A DNA stretch of 64,000 nt from Candidatus Obscuribacteraceae bacterium (GCA_044226015.1 JBGAHS010000008.1:32001-96000); one strand, 5' to 3'. Shown: positions 38,426-48,723, counted from the stretch's first letter. The notes: generated from the sequence alone by a model not told the origin. Numbers and translations are program-made.

Positions 38426-39079
38426 CTACAGTGCTGGCGGACGGTCCTCAGTTATTCTATGAAAACAGCTCTGCTGGGACAAATTCTCAACCAATTTCTC
38501 CATGCATGCTTCACGCTCAGATCCACAAATTGCCATAAGTTCTTCTTTCAGCAATGGCGTTAAAACTAAAACAAGCGCATCATTTTCTGGCAATTGAATT
38601 TTGGTGGGAATCGCATCAGCACCAACAGTAACAAGAACTCCGATTGTTCCCTTGTCTGTAATGTATCGCGCTGGAGCCTCCACATCGTATAACTCAATGG
38701 TGCCCCAACCTTTTCCTTCGTAAGCCGAGCGAATATTGGGATTACTCGCAAGCAAAAAACTTGCTTGAAATACTAATTCGTATGCCCAACTACTAACAAC
38801 AGCATCAAAATCAGCAAGCGTTCTGGAGGTCTCCACGGCGACTTCAACGCCAATCTGAAAACCATCTTCAGCAGGGTCGCTAAGTCCATTCGAAAAAATA
38901 ACTGTAGAATTCTCTCTTTGAACGACCTGCCAACATTCTCTTACTGGCCAGGCAGGAAGCCCCTGAAGCGAGTACGAAACAATCGGAGAGATGCTAATTT
39001 TGGTATCGCCGAGTGCGGCAAAATACTGCTGCCTGGCCACAGCATAACTGTGAACAAGGGTCTCACGGTCGTTGCTCAT
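38426..39079 (-). CDS. SUFU (suppressor-of-fused)-like immunity-type protein
   Basis: IFSNGLSD..G.E..VET...L.PL...EL...E.L...H.....R pattern. Confidence 0.55.
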   Translation of the reverse strand: MSNDRETLVHSYAVARQQYFAALGDTKISISPIVSYSLQGLPAWPVRECWQVVQRENSTVIFSNGLSDPAEDGFQIGVEVAVETSRTLADFDAVVSSWAYELVFQASFLLASNPNIRSAYEGKGWGTIELYDVEAPARYITDKGTIGVLVTVGADAIPTKIQLPENDALVLVLTPLLKEELMAICGSEREACMEKLVENLSQQSCFHRITEDRPPAL

Positions 39080-39306
39080 CCAGTGTACGTGGTGTTGCGG
39101 TTGTACCAGGCGCTTGTAGCTACATCCTGCTTGGTTCGTCGCGATTCGAAGCGTTCTTCCATAGGCACATTTCTGTACGTAATGTTCACTCTTCGAGCGT
39201 AAGCTCCTACCTGTCTAACGAAATCTTCCCACAGATGTTTTGACGCCGTAGTCTCATCAGCGGGACGAGCAGTCATATAACGAGGATTTTTTGTTTTAAG
39301 CATCAT
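39076..39306 (-). CDS. small basic hypothetical protein
   Basis: Its stop overlaps the next start (ATGA at 39076-39079), which suggests translational coupling. Confidence 0.5.
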   Translation of the reverse strand: MMLKTKNPRYMTARPADETTASKHLWEDFVRQVGAYARRVNITYRNVPMEERFESRRTKQDVATSAWYNRNTTYTG

Positions 39307-39903
39307 ACGCCACCAGGAAAATTGCCTTGCCTACTCTGAGACTAAGATACTCTATTTACTGGCAATTACCAGCGTATTTTTACGATCACCCGAATCTCTT
39401 TCAATGCACGGCTTTTCAGCCTACCAAGTCAAAAGAGTCTACGTAGTTTTCCGCCAGTAAAATACGATTGAAGCATGGCGTCTACGCACTTCTTGAGAGA
39501 AAACAAGCTTACGAGAAGTCTAAGGCACAAATCATATGCCACCATATGTAGCACCAGGCCAAATCAAGATATCCCTCGATTTTTATAGGAATGGATAGAG
39601 CTCACTCCGCCCTTACTTGATTAGCTCGGTCTGAGAAACCGCTGCATTAACGGGGCTTAAAGGCAAAATAAAACAGTTTTTGAAGAGAAATAAAACAGTT
39701 AATAATGCCCCATAGTATGCCCAAAACCAATACAGGGCAATGTCTGAAGGAAATCAATTTATTTAAATGCAGCGCACTAACTTTTTTCTCAGGCTTGTCA
39801 AGGCTGCCACACCTATAATTCGAGCCGTGCTTGGGGAATCAGCTGACACACATTGTCTCTTAGTTTCAGACAGTGGAATGTCAGATACTAGAAAAAGGTA
39901 TCG

Positions 39904-41109
39904 ATGTCGCTTCTATTTACGAATCTGTTCAGCGCCGTGGTGATTGCTATCGCCGTGTGCACTGCATTTGAATTGTGGAAGCATCGGCACAGCCTCTTCA
40001 AAGACGAACTCGATGATGACACCAAAACCCTGGCCTGGCGCGTAGTGCTGTTCATCGTACTTCCGCTAATCGTGTGGATGGACCTTCGAACAACAGTTGT
40101 AACGGCCGAGCATTTTGGTGGCTGGATACAAGAATGGAATTATGGATTACTCTGGTTCTCCGCAATTCCACAGAGCTTGCCGCATGCAGACTTGCTCGTA
40201 CCCGTACTTTTTGCAGGAGTTGTGATGCAACTTTTGCTGGCAGTCTGCCTTCTGCCCTCATTGTTCTTTCGTCCACATCCGTTCGTTGCAAGCATCATCA
40301 CTTATACTATTGCAATTATTCTTGCAAACAACCTCGTCATCGATCCGCTTCTGGGCCTGGCTGGCGCCGGAAGCTCTCGCTGGCAGCTGTGTTTCAGCAG
40401 CCTACCAAAAGACTACCTGACTCTGATTCTGGGAGTTTACGCTTGTTTCACCGCAGGATTTTTCCTGGGAATGAGAAGCAAGCGCGTACGTATTTGGTTT
40501 GCTGATTTAACCAGCCCAGTTCTCGCAGAACAATTGCGCATTGCAATTTCAGAAACGAACCTGGATCGCAACAATCAGTATCAACTTTGCAGACTATCTA
40601 TTTTATTTGACCGAGCTGGAATGCGTAGCAATGCGGCTAAGGAACTTGCCTCATTGAAGAAGATCAGTTCTGAGAGTTTGTACTACTTACTGGCAGAAGG
40701 ACTGTTTCAGTATCGCCGCCGCGACTACGAAAAGGCTGAGCTTGCATTCAAGAAAGCGGCATTGCAAGCTGAGGTAAACGATGTACTGCGTGGTCAATTC
40801 TTCTCAGCAGCCGCATGCGCCTCATTTGCAAAAGGCAACATACCTGTATCTCTAAATCTTGCGGACAGAGCACTCGAGTTTGATAACAACTCCGTTGTTG
40901 CCAGAATGGTTAAAGTCGATGCTTACCTCAAGCAAGGCAAGAAGGAACAAGCCGGAGACGAAGTTCTAAATGCACTTCGACTTGGTCTGGATTTCGAAAT
41001 CGAGGAAAGGCTGCCTATCGACACTGAAATGGCGTTGCGTCAAATTTTCCGTTTGGAAAAAGCAGCTTCAGCGAAAAGAAAAGACTCCAAAGAAGTCGCA
41101 ATTCCTTAG
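39904..41109 (+). CDS. membrane protein with C-terminal TPRs
   Basis: About 5 TM followed by TPR helices; AAAAGG SD; TATAAT at 39814. Confidence 0.75.
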   Translation: MSLLFTNLFSAVVIAIAVCTAFELWKHRHSLFKDELDDDTKTLAWRVVLFIVLPLIVWMDLRTTVVTAEHFGGWIQEWNYGLLWFSAIPQSLPHADLLVPVLFAGVVMQLLLAVCLLPSLFFRPHPFVASIITYTIAIILANNLVIDPLLGLAGAGSSRWQLCFSSLPKDYLTLILGVYACFTAGFFLGMRSKRVRIWFADLTSPVLAEQLRIAISETNLDRNNQYQLCRLSILFDRAGMRSNAAKELASLKKISSESLYYLLAEGLFQYRRRDYEKAELAFKKAALQAEVNDVLRGQFFSAAACASFAKGNIPVSLNLADRALEFDNNSVVARMVKVDAYLKQGKKEQAGDEVLNALRLGLDFEIEERLPIDTEMALRQIFRLEKAASAKRKDSKEVAIP

Positions 41110-41462
41110 TGCATAAATGTTCACTCAATCTTGAATAAGCGCGCTTGAAAGCCGAGGTGAGGATTCCCAATCCCCAGCGAGGTGAGGATTCCCCACGATA
41201 ACAATCCCTGAGCATGTCGTTGAAAATATGGCGTCCAACAGCGAGATCATCTCAGCAAATGGCAAGTGCCGTCCATTAAATCCACGGGAAAGGATCCTTG
41301 TCGCTCGAAAACCAGAACCAAATCAGAAACTGAGAATTGGAAATCTAGAAGCCTGGTGAATTCTTGTCGGATACTTCGCTGAGTTGGCTGTGAAAGCTCA
41401 AAAGCATAAGGGACCTGGCAGCATGCCCGGTCCCTCGAATCTTATGCGCTTGCCGCAAAGAA

Positions 41463-42437
41463 CTAGCCGTTGAGTTTCTTTAGCTCTTCAGTCAACTTTG
41501 GCACGACATCAAACACATCGCCTACGATACCGTAGCTGGCGTGTTTAAAGATTGGTGCTTCGGGGTCTTTGTTGATAGCAACAATAACCTTGGAAGAAGA
41601 CATACCAGCTAGATGCTGAATTGCTCCACTGATACCACATGCGATATAAAGTTGCGGGCTCACAACTTTACCTGTTTGACCAACTTGATGCTGGTGGTCG
41701 ATCCAACCAGCGTCAACAACAGCACGCGACGCACCGAGAGCAGCACCGAGCACAGAGCAGAGGTTCTGCAGAACGCCCCAGTTTTCTGGTCCCTTGATGC
41801 CACGTCCACCAGCGACGATAACGCTTGCTTCAGAAAGCTCAATCTTCTGTTCATCAGATACAGCTGTATGGGTGACTTTGGCGCGAACCTTATCAACAGC
41901 AACACTCATATCAACGATTTCAGCATGATGTCCATTTTCGGATTCGCTCATTTCGAACACGTTTGGGCGCAGTGTGATGAATGAGGTTTCCGATTTCAAA
42001 TCGAAGACGCCGCGTGTTTTGCCTGAGTACATCGGGTGTACTGGGCAAATCTTTTCGCCTTGAACTTTGAGTTCAGACACGTCAGTGACGCAAGCTGAAT
42101 CAAGTCTTGCAGCAACGCGAGGAATCAGATCCTTCGCCATCGATGTGTTAGCTGCAAACACGTAGCGTGGTGTAACTTGCTTGATAGCTGCAGTCAACGC
42201 TGCTGCGTAGGCTTCTGTTGAGTAAGAAGCGAATTGAGCATCATCAACAACCAAAATTTTGTCCGGCTTGCACTTATTTACAGTCGCGCTCAGAGTTTTG
42301 ATGTCAGAACCAACGATCAAAGCAATTACTGGTTCTTTTCCGCCAACTTGTCTTCTGGCTTCTGAAACAGCTTCCAGACTTGCCTTTCTGACTGCGCCAT
42401 TTCGTTGTTCAACGAAAATTAGAATGCCGCTTGCCAT
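41463..42437 (-). CDS. etfA: electron transfer flavoprotein alpha subunit
   Basis: GGRG, GASRAVVDAGW, QVGQTGK, GISGAIQH and AINKDPEAPIF. Confidence 0.95.
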   Translation of the reverse strand: MASGILIFVEQRNGAVRKASLEAVSEARRQVGGKEPVIALIVGSDIKTLSATVNKCKPDKILVVDDAQFASYSTEAYAAALTAAIKQVTPRYVFAANTSMAKDLIPRVAARLDSACVTDVSELKVQGEKICPVHPMYSGKTRGVFDLKSETSFITLRPNVFEMSESENGHHAEIVDMSVAVDKVRAKVTHTAVSDEQKIELSEASVIVAGGRGIKGPENWGVLQNLCSVLGAALGASRAVVDAGWIDHQHQVGQTGKVVSPQLYIACGISGAIQHLAGMSSSKVIVAINKDPEAPIFKHASYGIVGDVFDVVPKLTEELKKLNG

Positions 42438-42472
42438 TTCTATTCTCCTAAATACTTTGCTTGAAACTAAAC

Positions 42473-43255
42473 TTAGATGACCTGTGCTTCAGTCTTTAGA
42501 AGCTGAACGAGCGTTTTGACCTGTGTATCAGGGTCGCCCTCAATGAGTCTTCCTTGTGGACGCTCAGGTGGCGTAGCCATTTCAACAAGTTTCATTGCGG
42601 CATGGTCTCCGCCGATTTTACCGGCAAGACCGAGTGCATCAGCGTTTTTCACTGCGATTTCTTTGCGACGTGCAGCCATTACGCCTTTAATATTCGGATA
42701 GCGTGGTTCGTTCAAACCCTTTTGTGTGCTGAACAATGCAGGCAGGGTTCCTTCAACTGTTTCATGCGCACCTTCAATTTCTCTGTCAGCCTTGAATTTG
42801 CCGTCAGCGACTTCGAGTTTTGTTACTAAAGTTGCTTGCGGCAAATCGAGTAATTCGGCGAGCATGGAAGGAACTTGTCCATTGTCGCCACCGACGCCGG
42901 ACTGACCGAGGAAAATCAAATCATAGCCACCATCTTTGATGGCAGCAGCGAGAACCTTTGCAGTGCTCAGCGGGTCTAAATTGGCGAAGGATGGGTCATT
43001 CAAATGTGTTGCATTGTCAACGCCTCTTGCTAGAGCATCGCGCAAAACATCGGTGCACTCAGCACCACCCATGGAGAACACCATCGTTTCTCCGCCGTGT
43101 TTTTGCTTTTGCAAAAGTGCTTCTTCAATCGCGAACTCATCATACGGGCTGGCAACAATGCGAACACCGTTCAAGTCTATGCTGGTTTTGTCAGCAGAAA
43201 TGTTTATTTTTGATTCTGTGTCAGGGACAGCTTTGATACAAACTGCAATTTTCAA
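42473..43255 (-). CDS. etfB: electron transfer flavoprotein beta subunit
   Basis: VCIKAVPD, PYDEFAIEEAL, REIEG and LNEPRY; TTG start after AGGAGG. Confidence 0.95.
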   Translation of the reverse strand: MKIAVCIKAVPDTESKINISADKTSIDLNGVRIVASPYDEFAIEEALLQKQKHGGETMVFSMGGAECTDVLRDALARGVDNATHLNDPSFANLDPLSTAKVLAAAIKDGGYDLIFLGQSGVGGDNGQVPSMLAELLDLPQATLVTKLEVADGKFKADREIEGAHETVEGTLPALFSTQKGLNEPRYPNIKGVMAARRKEIAVKNADALGLAGKIGGDHAAMKLVEMATPPERPQGRLIEGDPDTQVKTLVQLLKTEAQVI

Positions 43256-43579
43256 GGGACGCTCCTCCTACGGGCACGCACTAGTCCTCGGCGATACACA
43301 GGATACGCCTGGAAACATATATAAGGTTGATTTTTACCGTTTTCCTTAATCACGAATAGCAATCATTTATTTTTCCTCTTCAGCAGGTCATCGACAGTCC
43401 TCCAGCCCTCGCTTGGCAAGCAAATACAAAAAACAGCCACGAACAAGCGAGGCTCAGGCTTTCAGGCAAGAATCAGCTTCGGTTGCAAGAAGAACAGATT
43501 ATTTGCGATATCGTTCACACGAAAATTAAGTAGTCATCCGACGTGGTAAAACATGAGAAACGGTACAAGGAGACAATCC

Positions 43580-43882
43580 ATGAAAGTGAGCTTTAGAAAA
43601 GCAGGCGGCTATGCTCCGGTTTTCGAAGGTTGCGAAATTGAAGTGGATAAGTTGCCACCGAACGAGGCTCAGCAACTTGAGGAACTTGTGCTCAACAGCA
43701 AGATCCTTCAACAAACGGGAAAGCGTCAGGATGGCGCACGCCATGTGCATCTATTCACATTTGATGTCGAGCATCAGGGACAGAAAAACAAAGTCACATT
43801 TGATCAAGTTAGCGTTCCAGACGAAGTCAAACCATTACTGGAATATTTGCTGGAACGTTCGAAAGACCTGATGCCGGACTAA
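43580..43882 (+). CDS. protealysin inhibitor emfourin (M4in)-like protein
   Basis: F.K.GG.A...L...EA..L..LV...AR....F...VE......V.F.....P....PL...L; SD AAGGAG. Confidence 0.7.
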   Translation: MKVSFRKAGGYAPVFEGCEIEVDKLPPNEAQQLEELVLNSKILQQTGKRQDGARHVHLFTFDVEHQGQKNKVTFDQVSVPDEVKPLLEYLLERSKDLMPD

Positions 43883-44024
43883 TTTTACTTTGCTCCTGTG
43901 ATATAGGTTCAATGGTGGCTGCTCTTTTGCCAAAACAAACTTCCTTGTTAGCCACGCGAACGAAGGGCAAGAGTTCCGACATCCGCTCAATAAATTGGTA
44001 ATGTGAATCACAAGAATTCCCTTA

Positions 44025-47000
44025 TCAGCCAATCAAGCTGAGTTGCGAAGCACCGTCTTGTTTCGAGACTGCAATTTGCGTAGAGAACATCTCTTTGACT
44101 TCAGCAATATGAGTGACAACAATAATACGAGCGAAGTCAGATCGTATCGCTGATATTGCCTGGATTATTTTGTCTCGACTCTCCTCATCCTGCGAGCCGA
44201 AGCCCTCATCAATTATCAATGTCTCGAGCTTGGCGCCCGCCCTGCGAGCCAACAAGCGCGACATAGCGATTCTCAGCGCGAAGTTGACTTTGAAAGCTTC
44301 TCCACCTGAGTAAAGTTCGTAACTACGGGTTCCTAATTCATCAGCAATCAGAATATCAAGTGTCTCTACCGTGTTACCCTGCCGCGTCTTGGTTTGCGTC
44401 AACAAGCTGAGGTGCATACGATTATCAGATAGGCGGGACAAAAGACGGTTTGACTCTGCTTCAATTTCAGGCAAAGCGTTTTCAATAATGATTGCTTGGA
44501 TGCCCTTTTTACCAAAAGCCTCAGCCAGCATAGAGTATTCGCTAATTTCTCGAGCACATTCATCAAGAAGCTTCTTCTTTTCCTCAAATTCCAACCGGTC
44601 TTTTTTGAGCTGATTCATCTGCAAATCGAGCAACATTTTTCGCTTTGCACAGTCTTCTTTTCGCGTTAGAAGCTCATCTCGGAAGGAAATTTCAAAATCA
44701 AGGTCTTGCTTTCTTTGCGGCAATTCCTCTAACCTGCGCGACCAATCAAACAACTGTTGCTCAAGCAAGTTCAATTCAGATGCTTTCTCCTGCTTCCTTC
44801 CAATCAACTCTGTGAGTTGCTTTTCAATCTGAGGGAACTCCTCTCTTGCTGTTCGAATATCCCTGGCTTTCTCAAGCACCGGCATCAAGTCTGAAAGGTT
44901 CTGTTTTACTTGTTGATGGTGCTCTCGCTCATAGAAAAGCTCGGAGATTACTTTTGTCAGCTTCTCTATTTCAGCTCTTTCCACGCCTCCAAAAGTTGAG
45001 CTTGAAAGAGACTCGCTAATCTCATCGATTTTCTTTTGCGCAAGCGGCAGTTCTTCTTCTAACTGTTGTAACTCGGATAAGTCACGCTGTCCTTGTTGAT
45101 AGCGAATCTCAATGTGCCGTTGCGAACGCATCTGCGACTGCACACTTGAAAAAACGATAGGGTCAAAATCAAGTTTGGCAAGTTCTGCTTTAACTCTGAT
45201 GAGGCTCTCCTTTTCGACAGGAGCAAACGTATTGTTTTCTATGCTGTCCTTAGCCTTTTGCAGTTCATGTTGAAGAGAATCTCTCGTAAGCTCAGCCCTC
45301 TCAATTGCCTGTTGTCGCTCATTAAACTCCCCTATGCGAGTATCAATAAGCTTCCTTTCCGCGAGCTTTTTTCGCAATTCGATATATTGGCGCCGCAGAG
45401 AATCGCGCTCATCTGTGAGTTCATTTATCTTTAGTTCAATCGAGTCAATTTCTGAACCAGCATGCTGACTGTCTATTTGGTAGCGATCAATGACAGCCTT
45501 GCTATCAACAATTGGTGATCTACAAAGTGGACAGCTGCTCAAATCAGGCGACTGGCAGAGCTCATGCACACGCTCTTCGTTTTCCTTTATATGCTTCTGC
45601 AAGTTCTGAATCTGCTGTTGCAAGCTTTCAACTTGCGATTTTACTCTCAACCCTTTCTCTTCGATATATTCAAATTCTATTTCAGCTTGCTCAATTTGCT
45701 TAAGCTCTTCTTTGAGCGAATCCTGCTCGAACTCTATCGAATCGCGAGATTTTAGCAAATCGTCGAGATCGCGCAGCAACCCTTCCTTTTGTTGAACCTG
45801 AGCCTCAAGCCTCACACGAGCCTCGCTTATCATGGATTGCAATTCAGCAGCACGTGAGTTCAAAGCTGTATGGCTTTCACGCTTCTTTGACATTTCGAGT
45901 TCGGTATCTGATAGTTTCTTGAACTCAGCGTATTGTTGTTCAAGACGCGGCAAGTCCCTAGTTCCTTTCTTAAGAGCCGCAGCTCGAGCCTTCTTGGACT
46001 CCAAATTTTCCTTGAGATGGTCAAGTTCGACTTCAAGACGACCTTGAATCATAGCAAGCCGTGAATGATACTCCAATTTTTTTGAGTTCGCTTCATGAAA
46101 GGCATTGGCTTTCAAATCCAGCGCCTCTGACTCTTCCTTGACCCTTTCAAATTCAGCCAACTGAGCCATCACACACTTTTCGTTTTGTAAAAGAGTTGAG
46201 AAACGAACAGACTTCCGAATCAAATCGTCCATGGTGGCATCGATAAGTTTCAAGTCAGTTTTAAGTTGAACACCACGCTCAGCGGCAGATTCAACTCTCG
46301 CGTTTAAAACTTCATTTTGCGCCAAATCTGCATTATAGCGATTCACCTGCGCATTCGAAATTTCAAGTCGCTCGTCTATATCTTGGAGTTCCGAATTCAG
46401 CTGCTCGACTTCGTCTAAGGACTCACCTAATTCGGTATTCATTTCCGACTGTGCCGCCAGGCTGGCCTCAAGTATTTGCATCTTTCCTCGGCACATTTTC
46501 ATTTCTAGTCGGCAGCGGTCCTGCAGGCGGTCAAAATAATCGAGTCCTAGAATGTCTGCAAAAACTTGTTTTCTTTCATTGGGCGACCTGGTCGTAAATT
46601 CGTCAGCCTTTCCCTGGCGCAGATATACACTGGATATAAAAGTTTCAAAATCCATGTGCATCAATTCGCGCAGATTTTTCTGAGTTTCCCTCATATGGTT
46701 GGAGCTGAGGCTTTTCCAGCCTGGCGCATTCGCATCTCCGTTTCCGCAGCTATGATGATGAGCAAACCATGAGTCCTCATCACCGGTCCAAATCTGCAAA
46801 TCCATTTGCCCTCGAGAACTGATTTGCTGCCCAGATTTCCCGTATGATTTCTGACGTGCCCGACGCACGCGATACACCTGCCCCTCGAGGGAGAAGCACA
46901 TATCGACCCACATTTCTGTTTCACCCAAGCGAATTAATTCGTCCGAGCTTGCTCGCGCTTCTTCCCAGAGCGCCCATGTAATCGCATCAAGCAAAGCGGA

Positions 47001-47111
47001 TTTGCCGGCACCATTTGAGCCAGTAAGACAAGCAATTGCAACCGGCGTAAGGTCAAGCTTTGCGTCGGAATAGCTCATAAAATTGTGCAAAGACAACGTA
47101 TGAATGATCAC
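44025..47111 (-). CDS. sbcC: SbcC/Rad50 SMC-family ATPase
   Basis: GSNGAGKS, Q-loop LRQG, zinc hook CPLC, YSGGE, IIDEGFG and VTH. Confidence 0.92.
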   Translation of the reverse strand: MIIHTLSLHNFMSYSDAKLDLTPVAIACLTGSNGAGKSALLDAITWALWEEARASSDELIRLGETEMWVDMCFSLEGQVYRVRRARQKSYGKSGQQISSRGQMDLQIWTGDEDSWFAHHHSCGNGDANAPGWKSLSSNHMRETQKNLRELMHMDFETFISSVYLRQGKADEFTTRSPNERKQVFADILGLDYFDRLQDRCRLEMKMCRGKMQILEASLAAQSEMNTELGESLDEVEQLNSELQDIDERLEISNAQVNRYNADLAQNEVLNARVESAAERGVQLKTDLKLIDATMDDLIRKSVRFSTLLQNEKCVMAQLAEFERVKEESEALDLKANAFHEANSKKLEYHSRLAMIQGRLEVELDHLKENLESKKARAAALKKGTRDLPRLEQQYAEFKKLSDTELEMSKKRESHTALNSRAAELQSMISEARVRLEAQVQQKEGLLRDLDDLLKSRDSIEFEQDSLKEELKQIEQAEIEFEYIEEKGLRVKSQVESLQQQIQNLQKHIKENEERVHELCQSPDLSSCPLCRSPIVDSKAVIDRYQIDSQHAGSEIDSIELKINELTDERDSLRRQYIELRKKLAERKLIDTRIGEFNERQQAIERAELTRDSLQHELQKAKDSIENNTFAPVEKESLIRVKAELAKLDFDPIVFSSVQSQMRSQRHIEIRYQQGQRDLSELQQLEEELPLAQKKIDEISESLSSSTFGGVERAEIEKLTKVISELFYEREHHQQVKQNLSDLMPVLEKARDIRTAREEFPQIEKQLTELIGRKQEKASELNLLEQQLFDWSRRLEELPQRKQDLDFEISFRDELLTRKEDCAKRKMLLDLQMNQLKKDRLEFEEKKKLLDECAREISEYSMLAEAFGKKGIQAIIIENALPEIEAESNRLLSRLSDNRMHLSLLTQTKTRQGNTVETLDILIADELGTRSYELYSGGEAFKVNFALRIAMSRLLARRAGAKLETLIIDEGFGSQDEESRDKIIQAISAIRSDFARIIVVTHIAEVKEMFSTQIAVSKQDGASQLSLIG

Positions 47112-47570
47112 AACTTGTTCACCCTGATTCTCCTCCTAACTACAAGACGCAAAAACTCCAAATAAAGTTCAAAATCTGCAGAAAGATTCGATAAGAAGAA
47201 AAACCTATAAATTTAGTCTACCAAGCAAGTTGCTATCTTGGCATAGAGCCTACGAAAAGCACTCAGCCGAGATCTAAAGTTTCGACCACGCAGTGTTTGT
47301 CGAAACCAAGGTGCGAATTAAAACACTGACCAAGAAAGTTATTGCAACCTATATCAAAATCGCATACCATACATATTTACGGATGCAGATTTGCTTGAAT
47401 TGAAGCGGTTTTTCGCTTCTGCGATTTTGGATGAGCTAATAATTAGCGACTGGCAGCACGCACACAAAAAAAAACTTTTCGGCACAACCATCAGCACCAC
47501 GAGTGGTGCCCTTCCCTCATCGCCCAACGCCAACAAAATCGTTTTCACAATGCTCCTGAGGGCTAAACTG

Positions 47571-48614
47571 ATGATACCGGAAATCGATCCTAAAATTGAT
47601 CTTGCTTTCAAATGGCTCTTCGGAAGAGAGAAAAACATTCCACTACTAATAGATTTGCTCAATGCCGTCTTGAAGCCACTACATACTTTTGAAGAGATAA
47701 TTTCTCTTGAATTGCTAAATCCTTTCAGCGAGCAAGACAGTCTCGACGACAAGCTTTCAATAGTAGACGTTAAAGCTCGCGATTGCACCGGCCGGCTGTT
47801 CGATGTAGAGATGCAGCTGCTTTTTGAGCGTTCACTAAAAGAACGGTTGCTTTTCTATTGGGCAGAACTGCACCAGCAGCAACTGCACTCGGGAGACACC
47901 TACAAGCAAGTACGACAAACCATAACGATATGTTTGTGCAACTTCATTATTTATCCCCAAACCGACGACTATTGTTTGCCCTTCGAGCTTTGTAATCGCA
48001 AAAATGACCTTCTTTTCAGTTCTGATATATTATTAGTGGTACTAGAACTACCGAAATTCAATCTAGCAGCTGAGAAAATCTCCAACCAATTGGAAGCATG
48101 GCTTTATTTCTTTCGTCATGCTCATCACTTGGATAGCGAAGACCTCCCAAAGCCCCTGTCCAACACAAAGATTCAAGAGGCCATTGAAGAACTAATTATG
48201 CTGAGTCAAGACGATTTAGAGAGAGAAAAATACAGGGCGCGAGTTCGTGTTCAAAGGGATGAACTGACTCGGTACCTTAATTATCAGGAAGACCTTCAAA
48301 ATTATGAAGAAATCGTTCGCAAGCATGAAGGAACCATTCGCAAGTATGAAGAAACCATTCACAAGCATGAAGAAACCTTGAAACATGCGCATGAGCAAGG
48401 TCTGGAGCAAGGTCTGGCACAGGTTCGTGACCGAGAGATAGGATTGCTTCTACGGCTTCTGAACAAGCGATTTGGCAAGATTCGTGAGGAAGTTGAAACA
48501 CAAATTCGGCAGCTTTCTATTATTCAAACTGAAACGCTTCTGGAAACCTTCCTTGATTCTGGCTCTCTTGAAGATCTCGAACAATGGTTAGCCCAAAATC
48601 TCAAAGCAGAATGA
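47571..48614 (+). CDS. Rpn-family PD-(D/E)XK nuclease with C-terminal DUF4351-like domain
   Basis: DPKIDLAFKWLFG, DVKA..G..FDVEMQ, R..FYW, LELPKF, W..F, and LLRLLNKRFG...L..L.....LEQWL. Confidence 0.88.
   Translation: MIPEIDPKIDLAFKWLFGREKNIPLLIDLLNAVLKPLHTFEEIISLELLNPFSEQDSLDDKLSIVDVKARDCTGRLFDVEMQLLFERSLKERLLFYWAELHQQQLHSGDTYKQVRQTITICLCNFIIYPQTDDYCLPFELCNRKNDLLFSSDILLVVLELPKFNLAAEKISNQLEAWLYFFRHAHHLDSEDLPKPLSNTKIQEAIEELIMLSQDDLEREKYRARVRVQRDELTRYLNYQEDLQNYEEIVRKHEGTIRKYEETIHKHEETLKHAHEQGLEQGLAQVRDREIGLLLRLLNKRFGKIREEVETQIRQLSIIQTETLLETFLDSGSLEDLEQWLAQNLKAE
48279..48416 (+). repeat. five 21-bp coding repeats plus two 12-bp repeats in the Rpn gene
   Basis: Encode NYQEDLQ/NYEEIVR/KHEGTIR/KYEETIH/KHEETLK; GAGCAAGGTCTG occurs twice. 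Confidence 0.85.
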
Positions 48615-48723
48615 TGCGTTTCCGCCGGGTTGGATTTGTCATTCGCTAAACAGGAAACTAAAGTGTATCAAGGAGCATTCCGCGATGGTATCTTGATACA
48701 GACGGCGCTAAAAGCGACAACTG

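Noticed and set aside
44025..47111. SMC-like ATPase as a Wadjet/Lamassu defence component
   Set aside because: The zinc hook and motifs fit ordinary SbcC/Rad50, there are no partner genes, and an unlinked sbcD is not unusual.
47112..47570. SOS box or ncRNA upstream of sbcC
   Set aside because: No convincing LexA palindrome; only short scattered hairpins.
47571..48614. Rpn gene as a transposase/IS element
   Set aside because: No terminal inverted repeats or target duplication are visible, and this family is not a demonstrated transposase.
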